From a virus, in the IMG/VR virus record IMGVR_UViG_3300014561_000002: a DNA stretch of 37,141 nt; one strand, given 5' to 3'. Below, piece after piece: positions 25,442 through 32,219 of the stretch. How positions within the stretch are numbered: the first letter of the stretch is position 1; every line of letters starts with the position of its first letter. The notes beneath the pieces were generated by a model. It was given only the letters and a program-made list of their open reading frames with translations, made no database searches and had not been told where the DNA came from. The translations under genes were made by a program, and so were the position numbers.

Positions 25442-25926
25442 GCCGGAGCAGCCGGTTTTCCCTCTGCTGCCCAGTACCCATAGCTCAGCTCTTTCTTTCC
25501 ACGCTCCCGGGCCTTGGCGTTGTAGCCTTCCAGCTCCCGCACGTCCCGCTGCAGCGGGTCAGGGTCTGCCAGGTACTTCTTCAGCCGCACCCGGGGCGCT
25601 CTGGGTGCCACCGGTTTCGGCACCGGCAGCGCAGCAGCTTTCGGCTTTGCAGGCCGTTTCGGCGGCTTTGCCTGCACGGCCGCCGTCTTTTTCGGCTTCA
25701 GCCGCACCTTGTAGGCTTTCCGGCTGTAGGCTACTTCTACCTTTTCCCGGGTGATGTCCCACCGGTGCTTGCCGCGGCGCTTGTGCTGGCGCTGCTGGTC
25801 CCGCCACAGCGTCGGCAGGATCTTCTCCGCCCGCACCACGCCCTGGGCGGCCAGATCCGCCGCCGTGCCCTCGTACAGCACCTTCCCGCTGTCCGGGTCG
25901 TGCAGGCGGTATTTGTACACCATCAT
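25435..25926 (-). CDS. Basic early protein of unknown function (163 aa)
   Basis: Start set at ATGATG (25926), with AGGAGGG 9 nt upstream. It has a Lys/Pro-rich central linker (KPKKTAAVQAKPPKRPAKPKAAALPVPKP). Confidence 0.6.
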   Translation of the reverse strand: MMVYKYRLHDPDSGKVLYEGTAADLAAQGVVRAEKILPTLWRDQQRQHKRRGKHRWDITREKVEVAYSRKAYKVRLKPKKTAAVQAKPPKRPAKPKAAALPVPKPVAPRAPRVRLKKYLADPDPLQRDVRELEGYNAKARERGKKELSYGYWAAEGKPAAPAW

Positions 25927-26021
25927 ACGGCTTTGCCCTCCTGCTTCCAGGCCCGGTGCTTTGCGCTCGCACGCTTCTCCTGCAGGCGCTTGAGCGGGTC
26001 CACCCACTCCTCACGCACCAT
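25923..26021 (-). CDS. Small ORF b (32 aa) or the C-terminal part of a frameshifted 64-aa gene
   Basis: ATG with AGGAGGTG 6 nt upstream. The stop overlaps the next start (ATGA). Its frame is open upstream to 26088 and gives a protein-like peptide (FAKKAAGKHGVQVQEVRDMVREEW...). Confidence 0.4.
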   Translation of the reverse strand: MVREEWVDPLKRLQEKRASAKHRAWKQEGKAV

Positions 26022-26112
26022 GTCCCGCACCTCCTGTACCTGCACGCCGTGCTTTCCGGCCGCCTTTTTTGCAAAAGTGCTTGCGGCTCATTCTGCATTT
26101 GTCCTTGCTCAT
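26011..26112 (-). CDS. Small ORF a (33 aa) or the N-terminal part of a frameshifted 64-aa gene
   Basis: GGAGGAAACAG precedes the ATG, which overlaps the upstream stop (ATGA). The ORF contains an A6 run (26065..26070 on the plus strand as T6). Confidence 0.4.
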   Translation of the reverse strand: MSKDKCRMSRKHFCKKGGRKARRAGTGGAGHGA

Positions 26113-26333
26113 CTGTTTCCTCCGTTCCCGTACAACTCAAACTCCGCCCCGTCTTCAGTGATCAGCACCCCGCCGTACAGTGCGGCAGCCAGCTGCTGCA
26201 TTCTCGCTCCCGAGATCCGCAGCATGCCGTTCTCTCCCATCCATCTGCGCACCTCTCCGGCACGGATGCCGATCTTCTCCGCCAGGGTGTCGGCGTTCTC
26301 GCCCCGGTAGCCCATCGCTTCTTTCAGGGTCAT
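26109..26333 (-). CDS. Small HTH-like early protein (74 aa)
   Basis: The true start is inside the longer track ORF, at an ATG that overlaps the upstream stop (ATGA). HTH-like segment: ADTLAEKIGIRAGEVRRWMGE. Confidence 0.55.
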   Translation of the reverse strand: MTLKEAMGYRGENADTLAEKIGIRAGEVRRWMGENGMLRISGARMQQLAAALYGGVLITEDGAEFELYGNGGNR

Positions 26334-27082
26334 CTCGCCCGCCTCCTCTCCCAGCTCTCCGGCATGGCCGGGGCCTGCAGCACGGTCTGGATGCGCTTTT
26401 CCACTTCCGCCGGGGCCAGCGGCAGGCAGCCCACCCGCTTGCGGCTGGCCTCCACCATCCAGGCCCGCTCTGCCAGCCCGTCCAGTACCTGCCGGGTCTG
26501 GCGCTGCTGCTGATGCAGCGCCTGTGCGTCCGGGATGTCCTCCACCTGCACGTCGGTCTTGTAGGCGTCCCGGGCGCAGCGGCAAAAACGCTCCAGCGCC
26601 ACGTCCACGCCGTCCTCTATGGCCCAGGCGGAAAGCTGCCGGAAGTTTTCCAGCACCGCTTTATGTAAGTCGTTCAGGCGCTTGGCTCCAAAGCCCAGCA
26701 CCTCGGCGCAGGCCGCCGCGTATACCCGCCACTCCAGCGTGGCAGCATTGTCCACCGCCATGCGGATCTGCAGCTCCTTCTGCTTGCGGGCCGCGCCCTT
26801 GCCCAGCGGCACCCGGAACTCCGTTTCCGCCCCCTCCGGCAAAAGGCTCACCAGCCAGGCCTGCCCGGCTGCAGCCTGTTCCCGGCCGCTCTTCCGGGGC
26901 TGGGCCATGACCTCCAGCATCTCATCGTTGATCGCATCCCGCCGCAGGTTCACCTTCCGCAGCCGCTGCACACCCACCTCGTACTCGTCGTGCAGGGCAA
27001 TGGTCACGCAGGCGTGCATAAAATCCACCGCATTGTTCTCCGCCAGGCTGATCTTCTCGGTCAGGCTCAGTTTCTTCTTCAT
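26330..27082 (-). CDS. Early protein of unknown function with internal duplication (250 aa)
   Basis: Start at ATG 27082 overlaps the upstream stop. Two similar segments are present (AVDFMHACVTIALHDEYEVGVQRLRKV and TLEWRVYAAACAEVLGFGAKRLNDLHKAV). Confidence 0.6.
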   Translation of the reverse strand: MKKKLSLTEKISLAENNAVDFMHACVTIALHDEYEVGVQRLRKVNLRRDAINDEMLEVMAQPRKSGREQAAAGQAWLVSLLPEGAETEFRVPLGKGAARKQKELQIRMAVDNAATLEWRVYAAACAEVLGFGAKRLNDLHKAVLENFRQLSAWAIEDGVDVALERFCRCARDAYKTDVQVEDIPDAQALHQQQRQTRQVLDGLAERAWMVEASRKRVGCLPLAPAEVEKRIQTVLQAPAMPESWERRRAR

Positions 27083-27261
27083 CTCTTTGTCCTTTCGTAG
27101 TATTCGTCGTGCAGCTTCTGCCACTGGGCCAGCGGCAGGGCCTTGTCCCGTGCCGCACGGGCCAGTACCCGGTACGCCGGGCCGTTTTTGTCCCGCGGGT
27201 TCATCCAGTCCGCCTTTTCCAGCGCCTCGTTCAACTCCCGTCGGTACTCTTCGTAGGTCAA
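27079..27261 (-). CDS. Small early protein (60 aa)
   Basis: TTG start with GGAGGTG 5 nt upstream, overlapping the upstream stop. Confidence 0.5.
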   Translation of the reverse strand: MTYEEYRRELNEALEKADWMNPRDKNGPAYRVLARAARDKALPLAQWQKLHDEYYERTKR

Positions 27262-27575
27262 GGCTGCACCTCCCCCTGCCGCCGCATCAGCTCCGTCATA
27301 AAGCTCATCTCTTTTTCGCTGCTGACCATATACCGTTTACCTTTTCCTCGCACCATGGCCAGCAGCCGGTCCTGCATCATCTCGCCAAATTCCTTGGCGG
27401 CTTCCTCCTGCTCGGCCTTGGAGAGGTCCTTTCTCATCAGTTGCGCCACGGTGCTCAGGTAGGCATCTTCCAGGGCGTCCAGCGCTTTGCCCTTGCTTGT
27501 GTTCTGGCCCTGGCAGCGCATCACCACCGGGCCGTCGTCGATCACCGAAATGTTGATTTCAATCTTGCTTTTCAT
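27258..27575 (-). CDS. Early protein of unknown function (105 aa)
   Basis: GAAGGAGG lies 6 nt before the ATG. The ORF is in series with the rest of the operon. Confidence 0.6.
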   Translation of the reverse strand: MKSKIEINISVIDDGPVVMRCQGQNTSKGKALDALEDAYLSTVAQLMRKDLSKAEQEEAAKEFGEMMQDRLLAMVRGKGKRYMVSSEKEMSFMTELMRRQGEVQP

Positions 27576-27587
27576 CCTTGTCCTCCT

Positions 27588-27806
27588 TCACGGTTCCCCG
27601 TGGTCGTTCATCCAGCTGGCCGCCAGCGCCCTGGCGTCCGCCAGTTTGTCGCACAGCATGTTCACGGCTGCTTCCTGCATCCACTCCGGCAGCTTGTCGG
27701 CCTGCATCAGGGCAGCGCCCATGTCCCGCACCAGCTCCTCGCCGTGCAGCTCCATCCGCTGCCAGATCTCTGCCTCGTCCGGCGTCAGGTTCTCCGGCCG
27801 GCTCAC
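27588..27806 (-). CDS. Small early protein (72 aa)
   Basis: GTG start with GGAGGTG 5 nt upstream, overlapping the stop of the 63-aa ORF. The rest of the 216-aa track ORF is Gly/Arg/Ala antisense-type sequence. Confidence 0.45.
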   Translation of the reverse strand: MSRPENLTPDEAEIWQRMELHGEELVRDMGAALMQADKLPEWMQEAAVNMLCDKLADARALAASWMNDHGEP

Positions 27807-27994
27807 TTCAGCACCTCCACGCTGTAGGCCTTGCAGGTACAGCCCCCGTGCTCTGCCCGGGCTTTGTCCTCGACCATGGCCTTTGCCACACCCTTGCTGA
27901 TGGCCTGCACCTCGTAGCTGCAGTGTGTAAAGTATTCGCTTTTGGTCTGTGGCAGCTTCTGGCTGCACTCCACATTCACGCGGTATCTGCCCAT
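27803..27994 (-). CDS. Small early protein (63 aa)
   Basis: ORF with ordinary amino-acid composition, 4 nt after the upstream stop. Confidence 0.5.
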   Translation of the reverse strand: MGRYRVNVECSQKLPQTKSEYFTHCSYEVQAISKGVAKAMVEDKARAEHGGCTCKAYSVEVLK

Positions 27995-27997
27995 CCT

Positions 27998-28246
27998 TCA
28001 GCCCGCCTTTCTGCGGCTGGCCGCCTGCTTCTTCTGCGGCTGCCGCTCCTTGCGGGGCTTTTCGTCCTCTTCCTGCTCGGCGCAGTTGCCCAGGCCCGCC
28101 AGCACCACAGCCAGCGCCAGCAGCACCAGCGCCCCCACAAAGCACCCGGCCATGGCCCAGCCGGTGTAGCTTTCCAGGCCGCTTGCCACCAGCAGGCAGC
28201 CGATCAGGCTGGCCCAGCTGCCGCAGTAATAGATCCATTTCCGCAT
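27998..28246 (-). CDS. Small membrane protein, two predicted TM helices (82 aa)
   Basis: Two hydrophobic segments (WASLIGCLLVASGL and AMAGCFVGALVLLALAVVLAGL) followed by a charged tail. Start moved to the ATG at 28246, with GGGAGG 8 nt upstream. Confidence 0.6.
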   Translation of the reverse strand: MRKWIYYCGSWASLIGCLLVASGLESYTGWAMAGCFVGALVLLALAVVLAGLGNCAEQEEDEKPRKERQPQKKQAASRRKAG

Positions 28247-28301
28247 TGTCAAAACCTCCCGTTTGTGTTAAACTTCTGGTGATGAGTGCATGCTGCTTTC
28301 A

Positions 28302-28484
28302 TCACCCCTTGGCCTTGCCGGTGCTGTCACGCCGGCAGGGCCTTTTTGTTTTCTTGCACTTCTCCCGCTGCTTCTGCCATGCTTCAAACGCAGCCTGGTT
28401 CTCCGGGTCTGCGTAAAAATCCGCGGCAATGTCATACAGCGCCCAGATCTGCCACATCTTCAGCGGCCCGCTTTCACCGTCCAT
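28302..28484 (-). CDS. Small early protein (60 aa)
   Basis: AGGAGG lies 5 nt before the ATG. Confidence 0.5.
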   Translation of the reverse strand: MDGESGPLKMWQIWALYDIAADFYADPENQAAFEAWQKQREKCKKTKRPCRRDSTGKAKG

Positions 28485-28496
28485 TCACGCCTCCTG

Positions 28497-28760
28497 TCAG
28501 TCCGGGTTAAAGGTCTGGAAGCGTTCGCCTTCGCCGAGTGCTTCCAGCGGGATCTTCCACTCGGTGCAGATGCTTTCGGCCACCGACTTTGCAAAGCCGA
28601 TCAGCTCATCGCCCCGCGCTGCCATCAGCACCCGGCGCTGTGCGCCGGGGCGCAGGTTTGCCCGGCGCATAGCGATCAGACAATAGCCCATGCAGGCTGC
28701 ATTGCTCCACGGCCCGTTCAGGTTTGCCAGCATCCGGGCCGCCTCGTTCTTCTTGCCCAT
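28497..28760 (-). CDS. Small early protein (87 aa)
   Basis: Start moved to the ATG at 28760, with AAGGAGG 7 nt upstream. Confidence 0.5.
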   Translation of the reverse strand: MGKKNEAARMLANLNGPWSNAACMGYCLIAMRRANLRPGAQRRVLMAARGDELIGFAKSVAESICTEWKIPLEALGEGERFQTFNPD

Positions 28761-29063
28761 CTCTTTGTCCTCCTTGGTTTCATGCATTCTTCCCCGGCTG
28801 GCCCTTATTCTCCGATTTGTGCTATACTTGCACTGAAAGGAGATGAAAGCCACCCGTGCTTTACAAAATCATGTTTGAAATTCAATGTCCCTTTGACGCT
28901 CTGGGAATTCTGCCTGCAATGGAATCCGAAATCTGCTGCAGCGTTGTCCCCGGAAAGTCTCCGGTTTTCTCGGTTCCTAACGTCTGTGACCGCTGCAACG
29001 ACACAAACTTTGAGCAATGTCAGCAATGCACTGGCGCAATCTATCAGATGTTCCGGCAGGGGC

Positions 29064-29390
29064 TTATCCCTGTGGAGTTTCTTCCTTCCTGGCCGGTTCG
29101 CACTCTGCCAGACCCCATCCGGCCATGTCTTGAGCTGCTTTCAGAATGATTTCTGCATTCTCGGCAATCACCCCGGAAAGCGACCTGTTATAATCAGGGT
29201 CATACACAGCCATCTTTCTGGCCGCCATCCACCCCGGCAGGAATTCCCAAAGGGTCTGTGCCGCTTCCAGTGTTCGGTTATTTTCTTTGCTGTGTAAGTA
29301 CAGCCCCAGTTCGTTGTAGTCTCTGCCCGCCTCTTCCACAGGCGTGCAGGGCTTTTTTGTTTCTTCCTCCACCTTCTTCCCTCCCTTCAT
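29064..29390 (-). CDS. Early protein of unknown function (108 aa)
   Basis: The ATG overlaps the stop of the Cro-like gene (ATGA). Confidence 0.55.
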   Translation of the reverse strand: MKGGKKVEEETKKPCTPVEEAGRDYNELGLYLHSKENNRTLEAAQTLWEFLPGWMAARKMAVYDPDYNRSLSGVIAENAEIILKAAQDMAGWGLAECEPARKEETPQG

Positions 29391-29593
29391 GCGCTTTTCC
29401 CCGGCTGGTGAAACAGATACTCCATCCGCATCCCCGGAAAAAGTCTGTTACGCACTTCTTCCGCTTCTGGATAAGTAAAATCCGTTTCACCGTTGATCTT
29501 GTTCCTTGCGGTTTTTTCGGAACAGCCGATCGTTCGCATGATGTCCCTGACGGTCAATCCATTCCGTTGCATTTCAGCCTTTAAGTTATCCAT
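29387..29593 (-). CDS. Cro-like HTH regulator, first gene of early (lytic) operon (68 aa)
   Basis: HTH segment LTVRDIMRTIGCSEKTARNKINGE. It is divergent from the repressor gene, with AAAGGAG upstream of the start. Confidence 0.7.
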   Translation of the reverse strand: MDNLKAEMQRNGLTVRDIMRTIGCSEKTARNKINGETDFTYPEAEEVRNRLFPGMRMEYLFHQPGKSA

Positions 29594-29616
29594 TGCCTTT
29601 TCTCCTTTCTATTTTG

Positions 29617-29645
29617 ATTTTATATCCTTATTCGGTAAAAGTCAA
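29617..29645 (-). promoter_or_regulatory. Early (lytic) promoter: TTGACT-17-TAAAAT
   Basis: Read on the minus strand, the -35 is at 29645..29640 and the -10 at 29622..29617, about 20 nt upstream of the cro-like RBS. Confidence 0.65.
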
Positions 29646-29685
29646 CCCCATTTTGCAATTTTTTTTTCAATTCGGTAATTTATTA

Positions 29686-29714
29686 TTGACTTGTGCTTTT
29701 TTCTCTTTTATAAT
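29686..29714 (+). promoter_or_regulatory. Repressor (lysogenic) promoter: TTGACT-17-TATAAT
   Basis: The -35 is at 29686..29691 and the -10 at 29709..29714, with exactly 17 nt between them. GGGGAGG lies 8 nt before the GTG start at 29746. Confidence 0.7.
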
Positions 29715-29745
29715 GGGCTTATCAATTAACGGGGAGGTTTTTACC

Positions 29746-30108
29746 GTGTGGCTTGAAAGGCTTGTCCAACTGAAAAAAAACAGCGGCATGACAATTGAGC
29801 AGATTGCAACGGCTTCCGGTGTCCCTAAAGGAACCTTGAATAAGCTCTTTGCTGGACAGACAAAAGACCCTCGGTTGTCCACCGTTTCTGCGGTTGTCCA
29901 CTGCATGGGGTATACCCTTGACGATCTATCCGGCGATACCTCAAACGGTGAAACTGTACTCACCCCTCGGCAGTCTGCTCTGCTGTCCTCGTTTGACCAG
30001 CTCAACGAGGAGGGACAGACCAAGGCCGTGGAGTATGTGGAGGACCTTGTGCTCACCGGCCGTTATAAAAAATGTTCTGCGCCTGACCTGGGTGCAAAAG
30101 AAGCGTAA
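29746..30108 (+). CDS. CI-like XRE-family HTH repressor (120 aa)
   Basis: HTH segment MTIEQIATASGVPKGTLNKLFAGQTKDPRLSTVSAVVHCMGYTLDDL. GTG start chosen by its RBS. No S24 peptidase domain. Confidence 0.75.
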   Translation: MWLERLVQLKKNSGMTIEQIATASGVPKGTLNKLFAGQTKDPRLSTVSAVVHCMGYTLDDLSGDTSNGETVLTPRQSALLSSFDQLNEEGQTKAVEYVEDLVLTGRYKKCSAPDLGAKEA

Positions 30109-30117
30109 ATAAAAAAT

Positions 30118-30150
30118 CCGTTCCAGCATCAGCCGGAACGGTTTATTTGT
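30118..30150 (+). terminator. Terminator after repressor gene
   Basis: CCGTTCC (30118..30124) pairs with GGAACGG (30135..30141), followed by TTTATTTGT. Confidence 0.6.
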
Positions 30151-30163
30151 ATGGGAGAGAATT

Positions 30164-31258
30164 ATGTCAAGCTCTTATCTCGGCCATGGTGCCAAGTATT
30201 GGGCCGACCGCTATTTTGAACAGCACACGCAAACCCGCCTGCCAGATGATCCCGCAGATCTCAGCTGGCGAGAAAAATATCTTGCATTGGAAAAAGAATG
30301 TGAGCATTATCAGGCAACGCTCTCCGAAATGCGCGTAGAAATCGAATACCTGCGCAGCCAACAGCCTACAAGCATTGTGGCCGACCCAGACCTTCAGCGG
30401 AAGGCTGAAAAATGGAAACTCGGTTATACACGTTTGGCAGCTGCGCTCAAAGAAAAAGAGAAACAGTATGATGCACTGTCTGCAGAAAAGCAGCGCCTTG
30501 AGTGCCATCTCCAAGAGCGGGAACTCTATCGTGGAAAAACAGCTGAACAATGGGCCGAATTGTATTTTTCTGAGCAGCGCAATTATCAAAAAGCCACTTC
30601 CGATCTGCAAGAGAGCGATTCTGAAATCCAAACGTTAAACAGCACTATTGCAAATTATCATAAATTCAATGAGGTTGATGGGCACGATGCCACCTACTGG
30701 CATCACAGATACACAACCTCACAGAAAGAGGCTTTTAAGGCCAACGTGTTTTCCGCTCTCGTTATCTTTTTTATTGCCTTTTCCTTCGGCGCCGTTTTTG
30801 GAAATCACGTCGGAGGGAGCGAAAATCTTTCTCCATCTTTTCAAACGGCAAGTTCTTCTATTTCATTATCACCCCAAGTTCAGCCTCAAACGAGTATTGT
30901 TTATAGCAGCTCAAATGAATCAAATACGATCCCGCTTACGGTTACTGCCAGCAAAAACAATAGCTACTACTTTTGTCTCTGCCAGGGTTCTAAAATCGTT
31001 AAAAGTTATTATGTGCGTGCCGGTGAAACGCTTACAACAGTTGTTCCTCCGGGAGGCTACTCTATTTATTTTGCGTATGGGTCCAGCACATCTACTTGGT
31101 TCGGTACACAAAATTTGTGGGGAACTCATACTTCTTTTTATCATTTCACCATCACATTCCCTTTTCGAGAGCCATGTGGACAAGTCTTTAATTTTGCTGT
31201 TTCAAATTCTTTTAGTGTGGAGAGTATAAGTAAAGATGAGTGGTCTGCTCTTAATTAA
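30164..31258 (+). CDS. Coiled-coil / single-pass membrane protein with beta-rich extracytoplasmic C-domain (364 aa); candidate superinfection-exclusion or abortive-infection factor
   Basis: AT-rich ORF. The N-terminal ~190 aa are heptad-rich and contain three W..(R/L)Y motifs. One TM helix, VFSALVIFFIAFSFGAVF (aa ~194-213, nt 30743..30802). A Ser-rich linker precedes a beta-rich C-terminal domain. It is co-oriented with the repressor. Confidence 0.75.
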   Translation: MSSSYLGHGAKYWADRYFEQHTQTRLPDDPADLSWREKYLALEKECEHYQATLSEMRVEIEYLRSQQPTSIVADPDLQRKAEKWKLGYTRLAAALKEKEKQYDALSAEKQRLECHLQERELYRGKTAEQWAELYFSEQRNYQKATSDLQESDSEIQTLNSTIANYHKFNEVDGHDATYWHHRYTTSQKEAFKANVFSALVIFFIAFSFGAVFGNHVGGSENLSPSFQTASSSISLSPQVQPQTSIVYSSSNESNTIPLTVTASKNNSYYFCLCQGSKIVKSYYVRAGETLTTVVPPGGYSIYFAYGSSTSTWFGTQNLWGTHTSFYHFTITFPFREPCGQVFNFAVSNSFSVESISKDEWSALN

Positions 31259-31275
31259 ATTTCATTTACCCCTAT

Positions 31276-31298
31276 AAACTCACAAACCCCTCCAGCAG
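31276..31298 (+). repeat. Cassette-boundary repeat, copy A (truncated)
   Basis: AAACTCACAAACCCCTCCAGCAG is 21/23 identical to the first 23 nt of copy C. Confidence 0.7.
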
Positions 31299-31417
31299 GT
31301 TCCTATTAAGTCTGCTTATTCATGTCTTGTTTGTGAAGGATTTTTGAATTTTCATTGCTTGTCAAGCCCTAATTTTTAGTTTTTCTGTTGCGTTTGCAAC
31401 TTTTCACATTTTTTTCG

Positions 31418-31446
31418 TGTACAAACCTGCTCACCGAGCGTATAAT
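31418..31446 (+). promoter_or_regulatory. Putative promoter of the type III TA locus: TGTACA-17-TATAAT
   Basis: A perfect -10 at 31441..31446 and a 4/6 -35 at 31418..31423. Confidence 0.4.
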
Positions 31447-31547
31447 AGACTTGCAGGAACGTATTCCTGCCAAGACAATGAAAAGACTGCTGGTCTTTGC
31501 TTGTCCGCTGAAAGAGGGTAGCCCCTCCCTGCCATGAAAAAATGGGG

Positions 31548-31632
31548 AATTAAAAAAGCGGTGAGCTCTTACCGTGAGTAGAGAATGAAAAAAGCGGAGA
31601 ACCTCTGCCGTATAGTGAGGAATGAAAAAGGG
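31548..31632 (+). repeat. Imperfect tandem repeats (36 nt, 37 nt, partial third)
   Basis: AATTAAAAAAGCGGTGAGCTCTTACCGTGAGTAGAG / AATGAAAAAAGCGGAGAACCTCTGCCGTATAGTGAGG / AATGAAAAAGGG. The two full units are roughly 70-75% identical by eye. Confidence 0.7.
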
Positions 31633-31663
31633 TGCGGGACAGGTTACTGTTCCGCACCTTCTT
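31631..31663 (+). terminator. Hairpin terminator/attenuator between repeat RNA and toxN
   Basis: GGTGCGGGACAG-GTTA-CTGTTCCGCACC forms a 12-bp stem with one G-U pair, followed by TTCTT. This is the position the attenuating terminator occupies in known type III TA loci. Confidence 0.6.
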
Positions 31664-31681
31664 GGATTAAGGAGCTGAATT

Positions 31682-32209
31682 ATGGGGAAGTTTCAATTTT
31701 ACCACATCAACGAACACTATATCAGCTATTTACATAGTATTGACACCCATGTGCAATACAATAAGGGGCAGCGGCGTCCGTATGTTGGAATTGTACTCTC
31801 CATCAACGGCATTGATTATTATGTTCCCCTTGAATCCCCTAAGCCCAATCACGTTAACATCAAAGGCGGCGGTCCTGTTATGAAACTCGACGATGGTCGT
31901 CTTGGCCTAATGGGCTTCAACAATATGATTCCTGTTATTCCATCTTGCTTGATCAAATTTGATATTCAGAGTATCGAAAATGAGAATTATAAAATGCTCT
32001 TGTTGAATCAGTTAAATTATTGCAACAAGAATCGCGATCTTATTCTCCAGCGTGCAGAATCCACATACCGCAAAGCTCTCAGTCGTAAAATCCCGCTGTA
32101 TCAAAAGGTATGCTGCAATTTTGAAAAATTGGAACGTAAAAGCAAGAAATATGATCCAAATTACGTTCCATCTAAAAAGAAAATTCGTGCAACCGTACCT
32201 TCCAAATAA
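31682..32209 (+). CDS. toxN: ToxN/AbiQ-family type III toxin (endoribonuclease, 175 aa)
   Basis: MGKFQFYHINEHYISYLHSIDTHVQYNKGQRRPYVGIVLSINGIDYYVPLESPKPNH... and C-terminal ...CCNFEKLERKSKKY parallel ToxN/AbiQ (MKFYTISSKYIEYL...AFIGIVLEI.GHKYLAPLTSPK...CNFSLLEEKY), recalled from memory. AAGGAG lies 7 nt before the ATG. Confidence 0.8.
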   Translation: MGKFQFYHINEHYISYLHSIDTHVQYNKGQRRPYVGIVLSINGIDYYVPLESPKPNHVNIKGGGPVMKLDDGRLGLMGFNNMIPVIPSCLIKFDIQSIENENYKMLLLNQLNYCNKNRDLILQRAESTYRKALSRKIPLYQKVCCNFEKLERKSKKYDPNYVPSKKKIRATVPSK

Positions 32210-32219
32210 TTGTTCTTTT

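Larger units (their letters stand above)
31453..31663 (+). ncRNA. Putative ToxI/antiQ-like antitoxin RNA with degenerate A-punctuated repeats
   Basis: No ORF. A 5' hairpin GCAGGAA/TTCCTGC (31453..31470). ATGAAAA-type punctuation at 31478, 31534, 31585 and 31622, plus ATTAAAAAA at 31549. Two full units of 36 nt (31548..31583) and 37 nt (31584..31620). It ends in a terminator hairpin directly upstream of toxN. Confidence 0.55.

Noticed and set aside
28856-29149. Cys-rich 97-aa plus-strand ORF (…CPFDALG…CDRCNDTNFEQCQQCTG…)
   Set aside because: It has a GTG start with no Shine-Dalgarno sequence, opposes the operon direction, and overlaps the 3' end of the 108-aa minus-strand gene. It is kept only as part of the unexplained-gap finding.
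31477-31632. Repeats considered as a small CRISPR array
   Set aside because: There are only about two imperfect adjacent units with no unique spacers between them and no cas genes. The position directly upstream of a ToxN-family gene, with an intervening terminator, fits a type III antitoxin RNA.
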